Positions 1-20,234 of a DNA stretch of 64,000 nt are shown piece by piece. A program made the position numbers and the translations under genes. The stretch comes from Macrostomum lignano. Taxonomy: Eukaryota. The stretch spans positions 186,001-250,000 of the forward strand of contig NIVC01001275.1 of the NCBI GenBank assembly GCA_002269645.1, read 5' to 3'. Numbering within the stretch: position 1 is the stretch's first letter; each line of letters opens with the position of its first letter. The notes under the pieces were generated by a model. It did not search any database and was not told where the DNA came from. It was given only the letters and a program-made list of their open reading frames with translations.

Positions 1-3000
1 ATTTTGATGGCTCATTTGATGGTAGTTTGAATTATACATGCGCAACTGCTGGCCAACTTGGCCAATCTGGCCACCGTAAATTGTGGTGGACCAGGGGTAA
101 GTCGCAAAAATGTCCAACTTAAAGAATTCAGACATATTAGATGATGAGGCATTTATCTCTTATAAGACAGTTATAGTTACTCCTGCTGTTTACCCAAAAT
201 TCCATTAGGGTTTTTTTATAGGTAAGTTGCATTTTTGGTCAAAAAGTAAGTCACATGGCCAGTGTAAATCAGGGGGGTTGCGCATGCATGGTTTGAATAA
301 AAAAGCCTTAAGTTATACCACTGTAAATCATTTTAATTTGTTGGCAAACAAGAACATGTTGCCATATGAGCTAAGATCCTTGCGCAGCCAATGCAACAAT
401 ATGACAATTTAGTAAATGCAGCATGGTCCAATACTGAGATGATGACAATTTAGATAATTTAGTTGTTTTTCTCATAAGCCACAGATGACGATCTCGAATA
501 TGATGACTTTGGCTGGAACTAGGAGTTTTTAGCCTCTCATTAATCAGTTTCTCTAACTTTCTAAGACTAAGTCTAAGTTCATAGTCTAAGTTTAGTAACT
601 TCTAACTTAACCCAAAGTCTAAGTATGCTTGACTCTGACTGCGTTTGTTATCTAACTGAATCAAATGATAAATCAAGTGCTTAATGCTTGAAAATGAACA
701 AAATAGTATGAAAATTGTGTTTAATTTTGATTGCAATTGTACAAACAAAGAGCAGCCATAACTAGGCCTAATAAGTGAAGTATCAATGTATCAACATTTG
801 AAGTGGAATTGAACATTTTTCTATTGCCAGATTGTCAACAATCCAAAAAGTCTGATTTGCACAGAAATTTAGGGTCTTGTACATTATTTGCACATTTGTG
901 CAGAAAATTCGAATTTTGCACAGCTGTGGCAGCACCTAGTGTTTATGTTTTAATAATTTTGCAATGATATTCATGCCATGGGACAACACATTAGCAGGAC
1001 ACTACACTAGGGCTAGACTAGGCCTACACCTATGTTGGGATGAGAGCCTTCTCTGTAGTGTAGGGACTGTAGAGGTGAGAAATTAGAAGTAGGCCTACAT
1101 AGTAGAGTTCTTTTTAGTTGTTCCTCCTGAAAAAAAAATGGAAGGATATGTGTGCAAGTTTTGAAAACTTGCAAAACCTCTGAAACAATGGCTCTTGCTT
1201 TTCTTTTCTATGGCTAAAGGCTAAAGGCCTAAAGCTAGACCTAAACCAAGTCCAAGCCAACAGCCAAGCCAGGTACGAAAAGAAAAGTACCTCCCTGAAT
1301 AAAGGAGTTTAATCTCAATTTAAGTACAGATTTGTCAGAGTTAAAACACCCACAATACAGTAGACATCAGATGGACTACTTACTGAATATAAAAACCAAT
1401 AGAAAAATCCTAAGTCGCGCGTTGCAAACGAAATTCAGCTAAAATAGTAAGTTAAAAAAGTTTCTGCAAGATGTTCAATTAAACAAACATTTTTGATGTA
1501 GTACCAAAGGAAGAAACAAATTTGTATAGCTCTTGCTATATAGCTTAAGTATAAATTTTTAGCTAGTATCTTGGAAGTATCGGATTTATTCAGATAAATT
1601 TAGATAAAGAAATAAACAATGTACAATGATCAGATTAATAAGAGTGCTTGTATTATGGAAAACTGAAGTAAGACGCTACGCTCGCCAACCGTTGACTCTA
1701 TTTCCATCGATATAGGCTCCAGCTAGGACTACTCAAACACAGCTGAGCTGGCCAATTAAATTTGTTGCATGTCGATCTGGGCCAAATTGACCGCAGTTTT
1801 CGGCCAAATCGGTTGCAGTTTTAGTTTTACACTGTCTATGGCCTCTCCTCTCAGCTCAGCTGGGTGAGCCGACTCGCGAAAGCGAAGGATTTTCTATTTT
1901 CTAAATTGATCGCAGTTTTGGCCAACTATAGATTGCAAAAAGGTACAATGTACATGTAATATGAAGAAATTTCAGAGCTACCAAATAATTTAGTTAATTT
2001 CTTACTGTACACAATGCACATGCGCGAGAGTGCATGGACAGTTCTGAGAGTGCAAGTGCGGCACAAGCAGTGCAACAAATCAGTAGTTCATATGGGTTCA
2101 AAGTACTGTGTTCATGGTGGTACATGTAAAACTGGTGGCTTACGTACGAGCTAATTATTATGGTTCGTCAATCCACAACAACGCCATCAAATTATAAAGC
2201 CTAATTGGAGTTGTCACTTTGGCTTGTGATGGGTTTCGACCTTCGGGCTCCTTGTTAGGGAAGCCTTCGGGCCTCAGGCTCAGAAATAAATCAATTTGAG
2301 ACCTGGCCCCCCACTCCTGTCAGATGGTCAGCCCCATGGTAGCTTGATCGTGTGGCGAGCAGTCTAGGTCCTATAGCTAAGAGAGGGACAGCGAGAGACG
2401 AGCAGGGAGAATTTTGAAAGTAGAAATTAGCTAATCCGCAGATCAGCTAACTTGCTGCCACCAGCCCGTGCGCCCTGGCTCACCACACCGGGACTCTCGA
2501 AATCGGGCTTCCGACTAGAAGGGGCTTTGCACTTACCTGCCAACTAGTGTCTTTTTGCTGTCAATCTCGAAGTCATAGCCGATGATAAGGGACACTGCTG
2601 GGACTAGATCGCATTGGCCATGCAGGTACAGAGGGGACTTGTGCAGGGGATTCTTGCGGTGGCGAGTCTATGGGGTAGCTGCATGTACTATTACATTGCT
2701 AAATACGAAGATATGTACTTTTGGCCTTCAACGCGCCAACTAGCCTCTCATAGCGCTGATGATAGACTAACTCGAACTTCAGAGACCGCATGATTCATTT
2801 ACCCGAGCCCCTTGGCTACCCTAGAAAGAACAAAGTGCATCTATGGCGCCGATTCTGCACTTCTGGCAGTTTTGCTCACTGATTTGATAGATTGGTCGAC
2901 TGAGAACTGCCTTGCCATTGGTCCACTGTGACCGGCGCCTACTAGCTTAGCTACTCATCTGAGCCATCGGCGAACAAAGAAATAAAACCGATAAAAATAA

Positions 3001-4797
3001 CTGTTAGATTTAACCTTCTCCTTAGTTCACTTCACACTTCAGATTGAATTGGAGTCTTAGACTACTACATGTAGCAGTATTATTGAATGATTTCTGCCTC
3101 AGCAACAGCACTACTGAACAAAATGAGCAAAAGTGTGCGCCTAATTCAGCTACTGCAACAGGGGACAGATAAGGGATCACCCATTCAAGCAAGTCTAGGT
3201 AGCCTCTCACCCAACCAATCAGAAACTCAACAGCCGGAGACCAGGTAATCCACAGTGACCGAATCGGCTCGATGCTCTGCAGCTGTAGACTCGGGATGAT
3301 GCCGGCACAATCTTTGCTGTTAGCTAGCAGGTGATGCTCTTAACTTGATGTTCGCTGCTGATGACCGGGGGACTCGTCCTTGATGATGATGGGGGGAAGT
3401 CGCAATCCGGGGATCAAGAAACGACGGTCAGTTCCGGGCCGGTGGAGTAGGAACCAGGCCAGAGTCGGAACAGGTACCGGTTGAGGTCCGAGCGGGCCAA
3501 AAACACCGGTTTAAATAGCCGCCAACTGGACCGCAGTTTGTTATAATGGAACACGTCGATTCTGATTGGCTGAGCCGTTTTGTTAAAATGAGCGCCGAAT
3601 TTTCTGATTGGCTAAGCTCGTTGCTACCCAGAATCACGTGACCGAGAGATCCTATCAGTTCCCACAGGGTCGTAAAAAGATGACAGGTGCGGCCATAAAT
3701 CACTCAAAATCGCAACAAAATGATTTATGACTTTTCGCGTAGGATTGACAGAAATTAATGAAAAAATATACATTAGAAAGCTCTTATTAAATAGAAAGTG
3801 AAGATAATGAAGAGAAATCGCTAATCGCTAATCCCAAAGTACTTTTAGGGGTAAAACGCATAGCTGTCAAAGCTGTCACATGCTTGAGTGAACACAAACA
3901 ATAGGCTCTGACCATAAATCTTGATGGCCTGTCAAAATGATGAGAAAAAAGCTACCGCCCGCATCCTCTCAGACCATCTGGCGCCCGCCTCAACACTGAG
4001 TGAGGCGCAGGTGGCTGTCAGACCAGCTTCGAAAGCGATGATTTATGACCCAAAAAGCTGCGCCTATGTTATTATGACTACTAGTATGACCAGACATTAT
4101 ATCTAGTATAAATTTTATGAAAATTCGCAGAAAAAGGATAAAAATGCCCACTGCCCACTGTTAGTAGGCAAGTAAGTTAAGAGCCCATGTGCTAGCGCGG
4201 GATTTGGGAAAAAGTGCGTCCTCATCACTTGTAAATATTTTTTCACTGCTGCATGCTCTGGGCTCTGTACTGAAAATAGACATTTTAGCGAAGTGATTAG
4301 ACAGCTTATTAAACTTTGATTTGACAGGGGAGAGGCGCAAATTGCAGTTCATTTTGCATTTTGTCCAGCCGTAGTAGTACGCGTACTACTGCATGGATCT
4401 ACTGTGTACTTTTAGCTCGATAAGTTCATAAAGTGTGTTTTTGGAAAAGTTTTTGCAAAATTTTGTAAATTCTAATGCATCGCTAGTGCAAAAAAATGAT
4501 CAGGGGGGTTTATATGTTCACCTTTTTATACATATGCATGTACATATGCTATTTATATTTATGAGAAATCAGCATTGGGATTAAGGCTTAAATATTTTCC
4601 CATATTAGCCATAAAAATTCATTACTCAGCGGTACATGCAACTGTTAAAAATGTTAATATATTTTCTTAGCGTCTTAACTTACCGTATTTTGCAGTCCCT
4701 TGCTTAATGTGCATCAGTGTAGTGTTCTGTAATACACTGTACACGACATTAAGTTAGTGTCAGGGGCTGTGTTAAGTACACTTTAATTAAGCGACAT

Positions 4798-5096
4798 TGT
4801 CACAACCGGCTAGAGGCATTACTGCCCATTCCGCCGACTCCCCTGAGCAGGCACACCTCACACAGACAGGAGTTGTACAAGCGGCCCTAACTTTATTTAT
4901 CGTTAGGCATGTACACTTCACTGTGCCAGCTTGGGGGCTGGCCCTCGATCAAGGCCGATAATTGCACGAGCAGAGCCAAGCCGAGATTCCAATTCAGCCC
5001 CAAATTAATGTGACTGCACTTGGAATCGAGCCTGGGCCGCTGGCACACCAGAGCCTGCGCTGGACTGCGACCCGGCCCCTATACTTACATGTAACA
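4798..5096 (-). mobile_element. putative solo LTR / dispersed repeat (~300 bp)
   Basis: Ends read TGTCACA...TGTAACA (TG...CA, inverted termini). The minus strand has a TATA-like site and AATAAA. About 45 bp (agaggcattactgcccattccgccgactcccctgagcagg) recurs nearly identically at ~31760-31805. No TSD seen. Confidence 0.35.
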
Positions 5097-5844
5097 AATA
5101 CCTGTACCCAAACCTACATGTATACAAACCTGTAGCAGATACTACTTCTCAGTTCTCACAAAATTAAGAGAATATTCATAAGTTTCACTAAGATACTCGC
5201 ACTTACGCGGGTTACATATGTATTTAATGTGGCTTACAAAACCGAGTTGAAATTCCGAACAACGCTGAGTTTGAAATATACTGGTCGAGTTGAGCTGAGT
5301 TAATGTGAAAAGTATTTATGAGTGAAAAGCAAAGTTAAAGCAATCAGCGCGAGGCCGTACAAAAAATTCTGGCGAGATCTTAAAAACGAAGACAGGCTAG
5401 TTAAATATGAGTTATTTAAAAACTTAGACAAGCAATTGTCCTGTATATAGTTAGTTATAGTTAATTCTAAACATGCACTGACCTTATAGGACACCAACAG
5501 CGCTCAAACCAGGCTGTCAACTGAACGAACCGCGCTGTCAGCTCTAGAACTGGCTGGCTTCGACTTTGATAGCGTTCACAGCGATCGCAGCATTCAGTGG
5601 GGCTTCGCCATTCGATAGAACAATTTGGCAGGTTATTGTGAAGCCAAACTTAAGGGAAGGAAAATAACGGAGGGATGAAAATGTAGGCATCCTATAATTC
5701 TTAAACTTTCTAAAATTAGACCTGCAGTCTACTACATGTACTTAGTGGTGGTGTCGTGTGTCTGCAGACAAGAAAATGATGATGACAGAAAGCATCGCCA
5801 ATGTCAATAAGCAAACAAGCAGGATAATTAATAAGTTGCATATC

Positions 5845-6130
5845 AGACTGGAGAGTATGTACGTACATTCACGCGCGCGGGGGCCGGGGTTTGGCTTGGA
5901 GAGTGTGTACATTAAAATACGCGGGGCTGGGGGTTGGTTTGGAGAGTGTGTACATTAAAATACGCGGGGCTGGGGGTTTGTTTGGAGAGTGTGTACATTC
6001 AAATGGACTGGGCGTTGGTTTGGAGAGTATGTACATTAAAATGCGCGGGCTGGGGTTTGGCTTGGAGAGTGTGTACATTCACGCGCGCGGGGCTGGGGTT
6101 TGGCTTGGAGAGTGTACATTCACGCGCGGG
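5845..6130. repeat. minisatellite, ~39-bp unit (ggagagtgtgtacattaaaatacgcggggctgggg...)
   Basis: About 7 degenerate tandem copies visible. Confidence 0.85.
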
Positions 6131-6745
6131 GAAGGAATTTATTGGATTGAACATATGAGATGAAGTGAGGTGGGGTGGTTGGTTTGGTTTGGTTTTTACG
6201 ATGAGTTTTGAAGTTTATAAAAAAGGTTTGGTTGATCAGATTTACAATACGGCTCGTACTACTTTCGTAAACTATTTCGGCTAAAATTAGTAAATGTTTG
6301 AAAAACTGAAAAATTGTTTTTAAACTTTTGTCAGCGCCGGCTTCCTAGCCTATTTTTTATAATTCTTACTCAATAACAAAGGATTTAACCATCATGTTTT
6401 AAAACGAGACTAAACTTGCAGAAATCGAGATGCAACCAAACCCGGAAGTTATGATCAATTTAGTAAAATAAAAGAACGCGCCTTTTTTGTGTAAACTGAG
6501 GAACTGTGGTCAGCCTAGACTTGTATGAATAAATGAGAGGTTTGGGAAGAGTTGGCACTCCAAGCTGTAGAATTTCTTTGGTTTATTCGTAAGAAACTCA
6601 TTCACCAACAGTCGGAACGCATGCAGGGATCAGTCAAGATTGTTGCGTCCTCATGAAAAGTCAGTCAAAATTTTCATTATCTAATCAAAATGGAACATCT
6701 AGACGGCAATTTTCTCAATAAAGAACGCCAAGTTAATTCGTTAAC

Positions 6746-8039
6746 TCACATTGGCTGCTGGTCTGCCAACAAGACGCAGCTGTTGTTGGCTTGCTGTTGA
6801 CCCGAATCTTCAGGCACCGGAGGCGACGGCGGTGGCGGCGGTGGCGGCGGCAACAGCATCGGCGGCGACAGCTCCTCGTTGTCGACAACATCAACGATTT
6901 CATCGTCGTTAAGCGACACCTCCTCGGCAGCGGCGGCAGCGGCTGAAGAGGAGGCCGGCGACGCTGGCAGAAGTCGCTGCTTTGCTCCCGTGGCCGACAT
7001 TGTCTCGTCCGTCCGAGCCACCAGGGACAGCATCGAGCGCGAGGCGTCGCGGACTTAAAAAAATGATTTTATAAGCTACAGTGAATTAGCATTGCAGGGC
7101 AGGAGTGATTGCAGGGGCAGGAGTGATTGCAGGGCAGGAGTGATTGCAGGGCAGGAGTGATTGCAGGGGCAGGAGTGATTGCAGGGGCAGGAGTGATTGC
7201 AGGGCAGGAGTGATTGCAGGGCAGGAGTGATTGCAGGGGCAGGAGTGATTGCAGGGGCAGGAGTGATTGCAGGGGCAGGAGTGATTGAAAGAGAAGAGAC
7301 CAGGATGGGTGAGTAACTATTTCTGAGAGCCAGATAGTTGGAAAGCGGCTTTGCTAGCAAAATAGATTCAGCAAAGGAGGGCGCAGCACTGATTCAACAG
7401 AGAGAAAATCTACAAATACAGCTAACTCTCACCTTTGTTTTTAAGAGTCCTGGCGCAGTTGCTAAGCAGAGCTGGCCGGCGCTTCTTAGACCCGAGCGCA
7501 TTCATCGAGTCGGCCCGGCTGACGCCCTCCTCGTCTGCGCTTTTGCCGCTCTGGCGCTGCTGCTGCTTCTGCTTGAGTTTCTGCTGTCGCCGCTGCTTGC
7601 GCGATCCCGTCACCACCTTGGCAACGGCTTTTGACGGCGGCTCTGGTGTGTCGGCAGCGTCCTGTATGATCTCGGCAGATGTCTCCGACTGGTCCATGGT
7701 CACCGCCTCCGGCCCTCCCTCCGCTCCCTGAGCAACGTCCACCAAATCTGCTTCTTCCTCTGCTTCCTCCGCTTTCTCAACTGACTCGCCAGTCTCTTCT
7801 CCATCCCAGACTCCGGAGCTTCCACAGCCTCTTCTGCAGGTTGCTCCGCATCACTCCCGTTACCCTCTCCGGCAGCACCGGACGCGGAGGCTGAGGCCGT
7901 ATCAGTGACGCTCGAATTCGCCTCATCATTCCGAGTGGAAGCTGGATCCTTCGTAGCCTGAGCAGCGGCTGCCGACTGCTCAACGTCGACTGAACCATCG
8001 TCGAATTCTACCACGTCGCAAACGGCGGACTGCATCTCT

Positions 8040-8071
<32 letters not shown>

Positions 8072-8584
8072 ACCGCTGCCGCCATCTTCGAGCAAATTCG
8101 CGCCACCGATGTCACCGACGCCGCCGCAACTTGGCGACTGTTCGGCATCGGGTTCGTCCACGGCGGCGGCCACCGTCGCTGTATTGTCAGCCTCCTCGTT
8201 CTTGGCTTCGGCTGCTGTGGTGTCGCTGGTGTTCAAATTTGCGTCTTCTTCTCCAAGCGGTGGCTTTGAGCTCTCGGCAGTGACCTCCGTTAATGGCGAC
8301 GACACCGCGGCCTCCTCCTGAGCTCTGGCGGCCGCTGTTAAAACCGTCGTCGTTGACCGTTTGAAGTGTGGCTGCGACGGCGACTTGGCGCGAACGCTGG
8401 CCGACGACGCCCCGCTGCTGCCGCCGCCCAAGCTGTCAAACTTTCTGATCAAATTTCGCACGCCCGGGAATTCAGCGGCCGCCGGATCCGCGGCTGGACA
8501 GTCGCTGCTGACGACACCTTTGGGCAGATCCGGCAGTTCTGTAGCCGCTTTGCTAGTCGCCTCAACCAGCTCGCTGGACTGCAT
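6746..8584 (-). CDS. acidic, Ala/Ser/Pro-rich low-complexity protein, 2 exons (8584-7433, 7053-6746), ~486 aa if a 1-nt frameshift at 7805-7807 is corrected
   Basis: GC-rich coding-like ORFs. Donor AAAG|GTGAGA at 7433/7432 and acceptor TTTTAAG|TCC at 7054/7053 join in frame (..RTLKNK-V-RDASRSMLSLV..). AATAAA at 6587-6582. No recognisable domain. Confidence 0.65.
7090..7287. repeat. intronic minisatellite, 17/18-bp unit caggagtgattgcaggg(g)
   Basis: About 11 tandem copies inside the 379-bp intron. Confidence 0.9.
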
Positions 8585-9554
8585 CGCAGGCGGTGTTCTG
8601 TCCAAGCGAAATTTCCTGCTCTGGGAATGGGACCTACTTATTAAATTGAGTGCAAACGAGTTTTAGCGAACCGGCTGACAAGAAATTAGCAAACTAAATT
8701 GCAGTTTTTATATTGCTTCATTCCATGTTTACTCGATTGTCTATGGTTGAAAGTATGGCCGAAATTTGAGCAGCTTGTGAGATTGATTAACGATTTCCAC
8801 TCGATCAGCTGCGGAATCGAACCAGGGGTTGCCTCACTTCTCCATTCAGTTTTGGCCATAGACAGAAAGCTTGAAACCAATAAAAATGCTGGTTTCCCTT
8901 TACTATGCAATAAAATTCTTGAACTGGAAGTTGACTTTGGATACATATCAGTTCCGTTGTACTTATTGACACTTCTTCAAGTGCTGAAAAGAGATTGATT
9001 AGTTTTGTATGTGTGTTGCAAAACGAGCATCCAATGCCTTACAAAGGTGATGCTGTATAGTTACAGTAGAAAGGCCTGGACTAGTCTAAAGCAGGGAAGA
9101 TTAAGAAGAGAAGATTAAAGCAGAGAAGCTCCAGTCAGCCCCTATAGTCCGCCACAAACTCAGGATCATAATTTAGGAGGAGTATGCAATTTCCTTCTCT
9201 CTGTCTCGCTCTCTTCTTTTGCCAACCCAGCCAGCTGTCTCCTAGGAGAGGCCTTGCCTGATAGCAGCAACAAGGTTTACCTAGACGCATGCCCGTGCGT
9301 CTTCAATCTTCGGGTGGAAACTGCGACCGCTTTCGACGGCCAGCACTCCACCCGCTGACCCTCCTGCCAATTGGGGAGTCGCGATGCGGAATTGAGCAAT
9401 GCCAACTAGAGAAGCAGAGAAGAGGCCGCGAGCAGTCCTGCTCTTTTTGTTGGGCATGGAGCGAAGAATAATTCAATATTCTTCCTCTAGGAGAGTGGAG
9501 AGAAAAATCGAACTGATGGACTGGAGTAGGCCACACAAGGCTAGTTAGATTGTC

Positions 9555-10335
9555 CGAGATAGAGGGAGTGAGGAAAAGAGGGTGAGATGCAGATAGAGGG
9601 AGTGAGGAATAGAGGGTGAGATGCAGATAGAGGGAGTGAAGAAGAGAGGGGTGAGATGCAGATAGAGGGAGTGAGGAAGAGAGGGGTGAGATGCAGATAG
9701 AGGGAGTGAGGAAGAGAGGGGTGAGATGCAGATAGAGGGAGTGAGGAAGAGAGGGGTGAGATGCAGATAGAGGGAGTGAGGGAGAGAGGGGTGAGATGCA
9801 GATAGAGGGAGTGAGGAAGAGAGGGGTGAGATGCAGGTAGAGGGAGTGAGGAAGAGAGGGGTGAGATGCAGGTAGAGGGAGTGAAGAAGAGAGGGGTGAG
9901 ATGCAGATAGAGGAGTGAGGAAGAGAGGGTGAGATGCAGATAGAGGGAGTGAAGAAGAGAGGGGTGAGATGCAGATAGAGGGAGTGAGGAAGAGAGGGTG
10001 AGATGCAGATAGAAGGAGTGAGGGAGAGAGGGGTGAGATTCAGATAGAGGGAGTGAGGGAGAGAGGGGTGAGATGCAGATAGAGGGAGTGAGGAAGAGAG
10101 GGTGAGATGCAGATAGAAGGAGTGAGGGAGAGAGGGGTGAGATTCAGATAGAGGGAGTGAGGGAGAGAGGGGTGAGATGCAGATAGAGGGAGTGAGGAAG
10201 AGAGGGTGAGATGCAGATAGAAGGAGTGAGGGAGAGAGGGGTGAGATTCAGATAGAGGGAGTGAGGGAGAGAGGGGTGAGATGCAGATAGAAGGAGTGAG
10301 GGAGAGAGGGGTGAGATGCAGATAGAGGGAGTGGA
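9555..10335. repeat. purine-rich minisatellite, ~34-35-bp unit gagatgcagatagagggagtgaggaagagaggggt
   Basis: About 22 tandem copies. Confidence 0.92.
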
Positions 10336-11074
10336 AGGGAACATGAAAGGGAGAGAAGGTGAGACCGAGACACAACAGCGGGAGTGAGGGAGAGGTATAT
10401 GAAAGGCAGCTTTAGAGATAACGAAGCGGATAGATTAAACAAAAACAATAATGAGAACAGGGCTCATGTCTGAACACGGTTGCCATTTGATTATGCCAAT
10501 TTCTTAATTAATTAGTTAATCATTCAACTAGCTTTATTTAACAATCAGTCACTCTATATGCCTGACAAGCGCGCCAAGAGAGATCCCCTCTTCGTTTTAT
10601 ACAGATCCTCACCCGGCCCCACAAAGCACGTACGGCGCTGTTTCGTGACGCCAGCTATAATGCAGCGAGAGTGTAGAGAAAAACGCATTGAAAGCTCAGT
10701 GTAGCGCCAGTGCTCATTAGAGCCTGCAATTAGCCCGCGACTGCCGCTCTGCCTTGCTCTCACTTCCCTCAAGATGAGGCAGATGAGAAGCTGCACAAAG
10801 CAGCCCGGAGTAAATTGAGCATTCCAACAAGAAAAAGCTATTTGTATTTCACACAGTGCCGCGTGTGCACGAGCAGCCTGTACGAGAGCGTCGCTATTAT
10901 AGCAATTATGAATTGCCACGAGGCCTGTAATTTGTACGGGCAGCTGTTGAGCAGAAGATTGGGCTATCAGTGGCAGTCGAGCCAAGGAGAGCTAAAACGA
11001 GGATCTGGAATTGGACACGCTTGTCTCAGACCCCCAGAAAGCACATTTTTACACCTTTTCAGCATTCGACAGAG

Positions 11075-11348
11075 CGGGTTGTTCAGCTTTTCTGCATAAA
11101 AAAGGGACATCACGACTAAAATGTCGGGAGTTCGATTCCTGACCCACTCGGAACAATGTGCGTCCTTGAGCAAGACACTTAACTCTGCATTGCTTCAGTT
11201 CACCCTGCTGTAAAATGGGTGCCAGCATTAGCTGGGGTAATTGAGGGTGTGTGTTGCGACCCCCCCCCCCAGTCCTTGGACTGAACAGCCGTACGCAGCC
11301 TTCAGATGCGCCGCGCAATAGCTGCGGCTGACTGTCGGTTGCACATCT
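11075..11348 (+). mobile_element. tRNA-derived SINE with CORE/MIR-like central domain (degraded head)
   Basis: B-box-like gagttcgattcc, followed by ccttgagcaagacacttaac...cagttcaccc...tgtaaaatggg, which resembles the CORE-SINE domain. Inverted homolog at 14542-14818. Confidence 0.7.
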
Positions 11349-11688
11349 GCCATTGATGCAGGCGTAAGCAAGCAGTTATTATTATTCCATCGCAAACAAC
11401 GGAGATTTATGCTTCAAAACTTGGGTCAAAACCAGCTCTTACTTAAGAACTATTCAGGATTAAAAATAAAAGAGCAAGTTCAACCTCAAGCGTGTACGCC
11501 TGTCGTGTCGTGTCGCTAACTCCTACAGATTCTCGTTCAAGTCCTCCTTGCTAGACGAGCCCAACCAATGGGAGCGAGGAGGGTTAGTTACAAATCCAAG
11601 ACCCGCGGCATAAAAGGCAAGCCCGAGCCATCGCAAGCGCAGTGCAGCACGACGGACCAGCACTAGCAGCAGCAACAGCAGGCAGCCA

Positions 11689-18510
<6,822 letters not shown>

Positions 18511-18574
18511 ATAGAGACGACCCTGACGCGTTTTTACAACTGATACTGGACGCCAATCAGAGGCCTCAGGGGAA

Positions 18575-19770
18575 AGTAGTCAACCTGAGGATTGGGGAAG
18601 TGGTCAACCTGAGGATTGGGGAAGTGGTCAACCTGAGGAGGATTGGGGAAGTGTTCAACCTGAGGATTGGGGAAGTGGTCAACCTGAGGAGGATTGGGGA
18701 AGTGGTCAACCTGAGGAGGATTGGGGAAGTGGTCAACCTGAGGAGGATTGGGGAAGTGGTCAACCTGAGGATTGGGGAAGTGGTCAACCTGAGGATTGGG
18801 GAAGTGGTCAACCTGAGGATTGGGGAAGTGGTCAACCTGAGGATTGGGGAAGTGGTCAACCTGAGGATTGGGGAAGTGGTCAACCTGAGGATTGGGGAAG
18901 TGGTCAACCTGAGGATTGGGGAAGTGGTTAACTTGAGGATTGGGGAAGTGGTCAACCTGAGGAGGATTGGGGAAGTGGTCAACCTGAGGATTGGGGAAGT
19001 GGTCAACCTGAGGATTGGGGAAGTGGTCAACCTGAGGATTGGGGAAGTGGTCAACCTGAGGATTGGGGAAGTGGTCAACCTGAGGAGGATTGGGGAAGTG
19101 GTCAACCTGAGGATTGGGGAAGTGGTCAACCTGAGGATTGGGGAAGTGGTTAACCTGAGGATTGGGGAAGTGGTCAACCTGAGGAGGATTGGGGAAGTGG
19201 TCAACCTGAGGATTGGGGAAGTGGTACACCTGAGGAGGATTGGGGAAGTGGTTAACCTGAGGATTGGGGAAGTGGTCAACCTGAGGATTGGGGAAGTGGT
19301 CAACCTGAGGAGGATTGGGGAAGTGGTCAACCTGAGGATTGGGGAAGTGGTCAACCTGAGGAGGATTGGGGAAGTGGTCAACCTGAGGATTGGGGAAGTG
19401 GTACACCTGAGGATTGGGGAAGTGGTCAACCTGAGGATTGGGGAAGTGGTCAACCTGAGGATTGGGGAAGTGGTTAACTTGAGGATTGGGGAAGTGGTCA
19501 ACCTGAGGATTGGGAAAGTGGTCAACCTGAGGATTGGGGAAGTGGTACACCTGAGGATTGGGGAAGTGGTACACCTGAGGATTGGGGAAGTGGTCAACCT
19601 GAGGATTGGGGAAGTGGTCAACCTGAGGATTGGGGAAGTGGTTAACTTGAGGATTGGGGAAGTGGTTAACTTGAGGATTGGGGAAGTGGTTAACTTGAGG
19701 ATTGGGGAAGTGGTTAACTTGAGGATTGGGGAAGTGGTACACCTGAGGATTGGGGAAGTGGTCAATCTGA
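18575..19770. repeat. minisatellite, 24/27-bp unit ctgag(gag)gattggggaagtggtcaac, between the convergent KChIP and GPATCH1 3' ends
   Basis: About 48 copies starting ~65 bp after the KChIP stop. Confidence 0.95.
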
Positions 19771-20234
19771 AGATCTGTGGAGCGATGAAGAACTACAAAG
19801 GTAACGGCAATTAATTAACTGATATTTATCTAATTCGTTTAAAGGCAATTGACTTAGTAGTAGAAAAGTATTCAACACAGCAGAAAAACTTATTAATCAT
19901 CAATTTTTTGTCAAGAAGTATTAATACTCTAATAAATTTTTTAACTAACAAGCACATCGGAACAATAAAATATCTTATCTGCGTATGTTTATAGCAGACA
20001 TTAAAATACACATTTATAGCCCCCTTGGCGTGTTTGAATTTGCTAGTATCCTTAAATTTCGGCAATAAGTCAGTCATTTAGCAACTTTGGCTGATTGTGA
20101 TTACATTAGTCATGGAAAGACAAGCTCCAATTGATGGAGTAGTTTGAAGTCATTAACTTTTATTTGTTTACCAAACACTAGTAAGTAAAGATAATCAAAT
20201 GCATGGAAATACAAGATTATGAGTATCCAAATCT

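Noticed and set aside
2200-3500. Coding-like GC-richer region
   Set aside because: All frames are interrupted, with no recognisable motif or consistent splice structure
3540-3660. Promoter-like cluster (two ctgattggct CCAAT boxes and a cacgtg E-box)
   Set aside because: No adjacent gene start identified, and such motifs are also common in non-autonomous elements
4161-4352. Possible hAT dimerisation-domain remnant (RACSSEKIFTS ~ SxxSERxFS)
   Set aside because: Too short and degenerate to support without an HMM search
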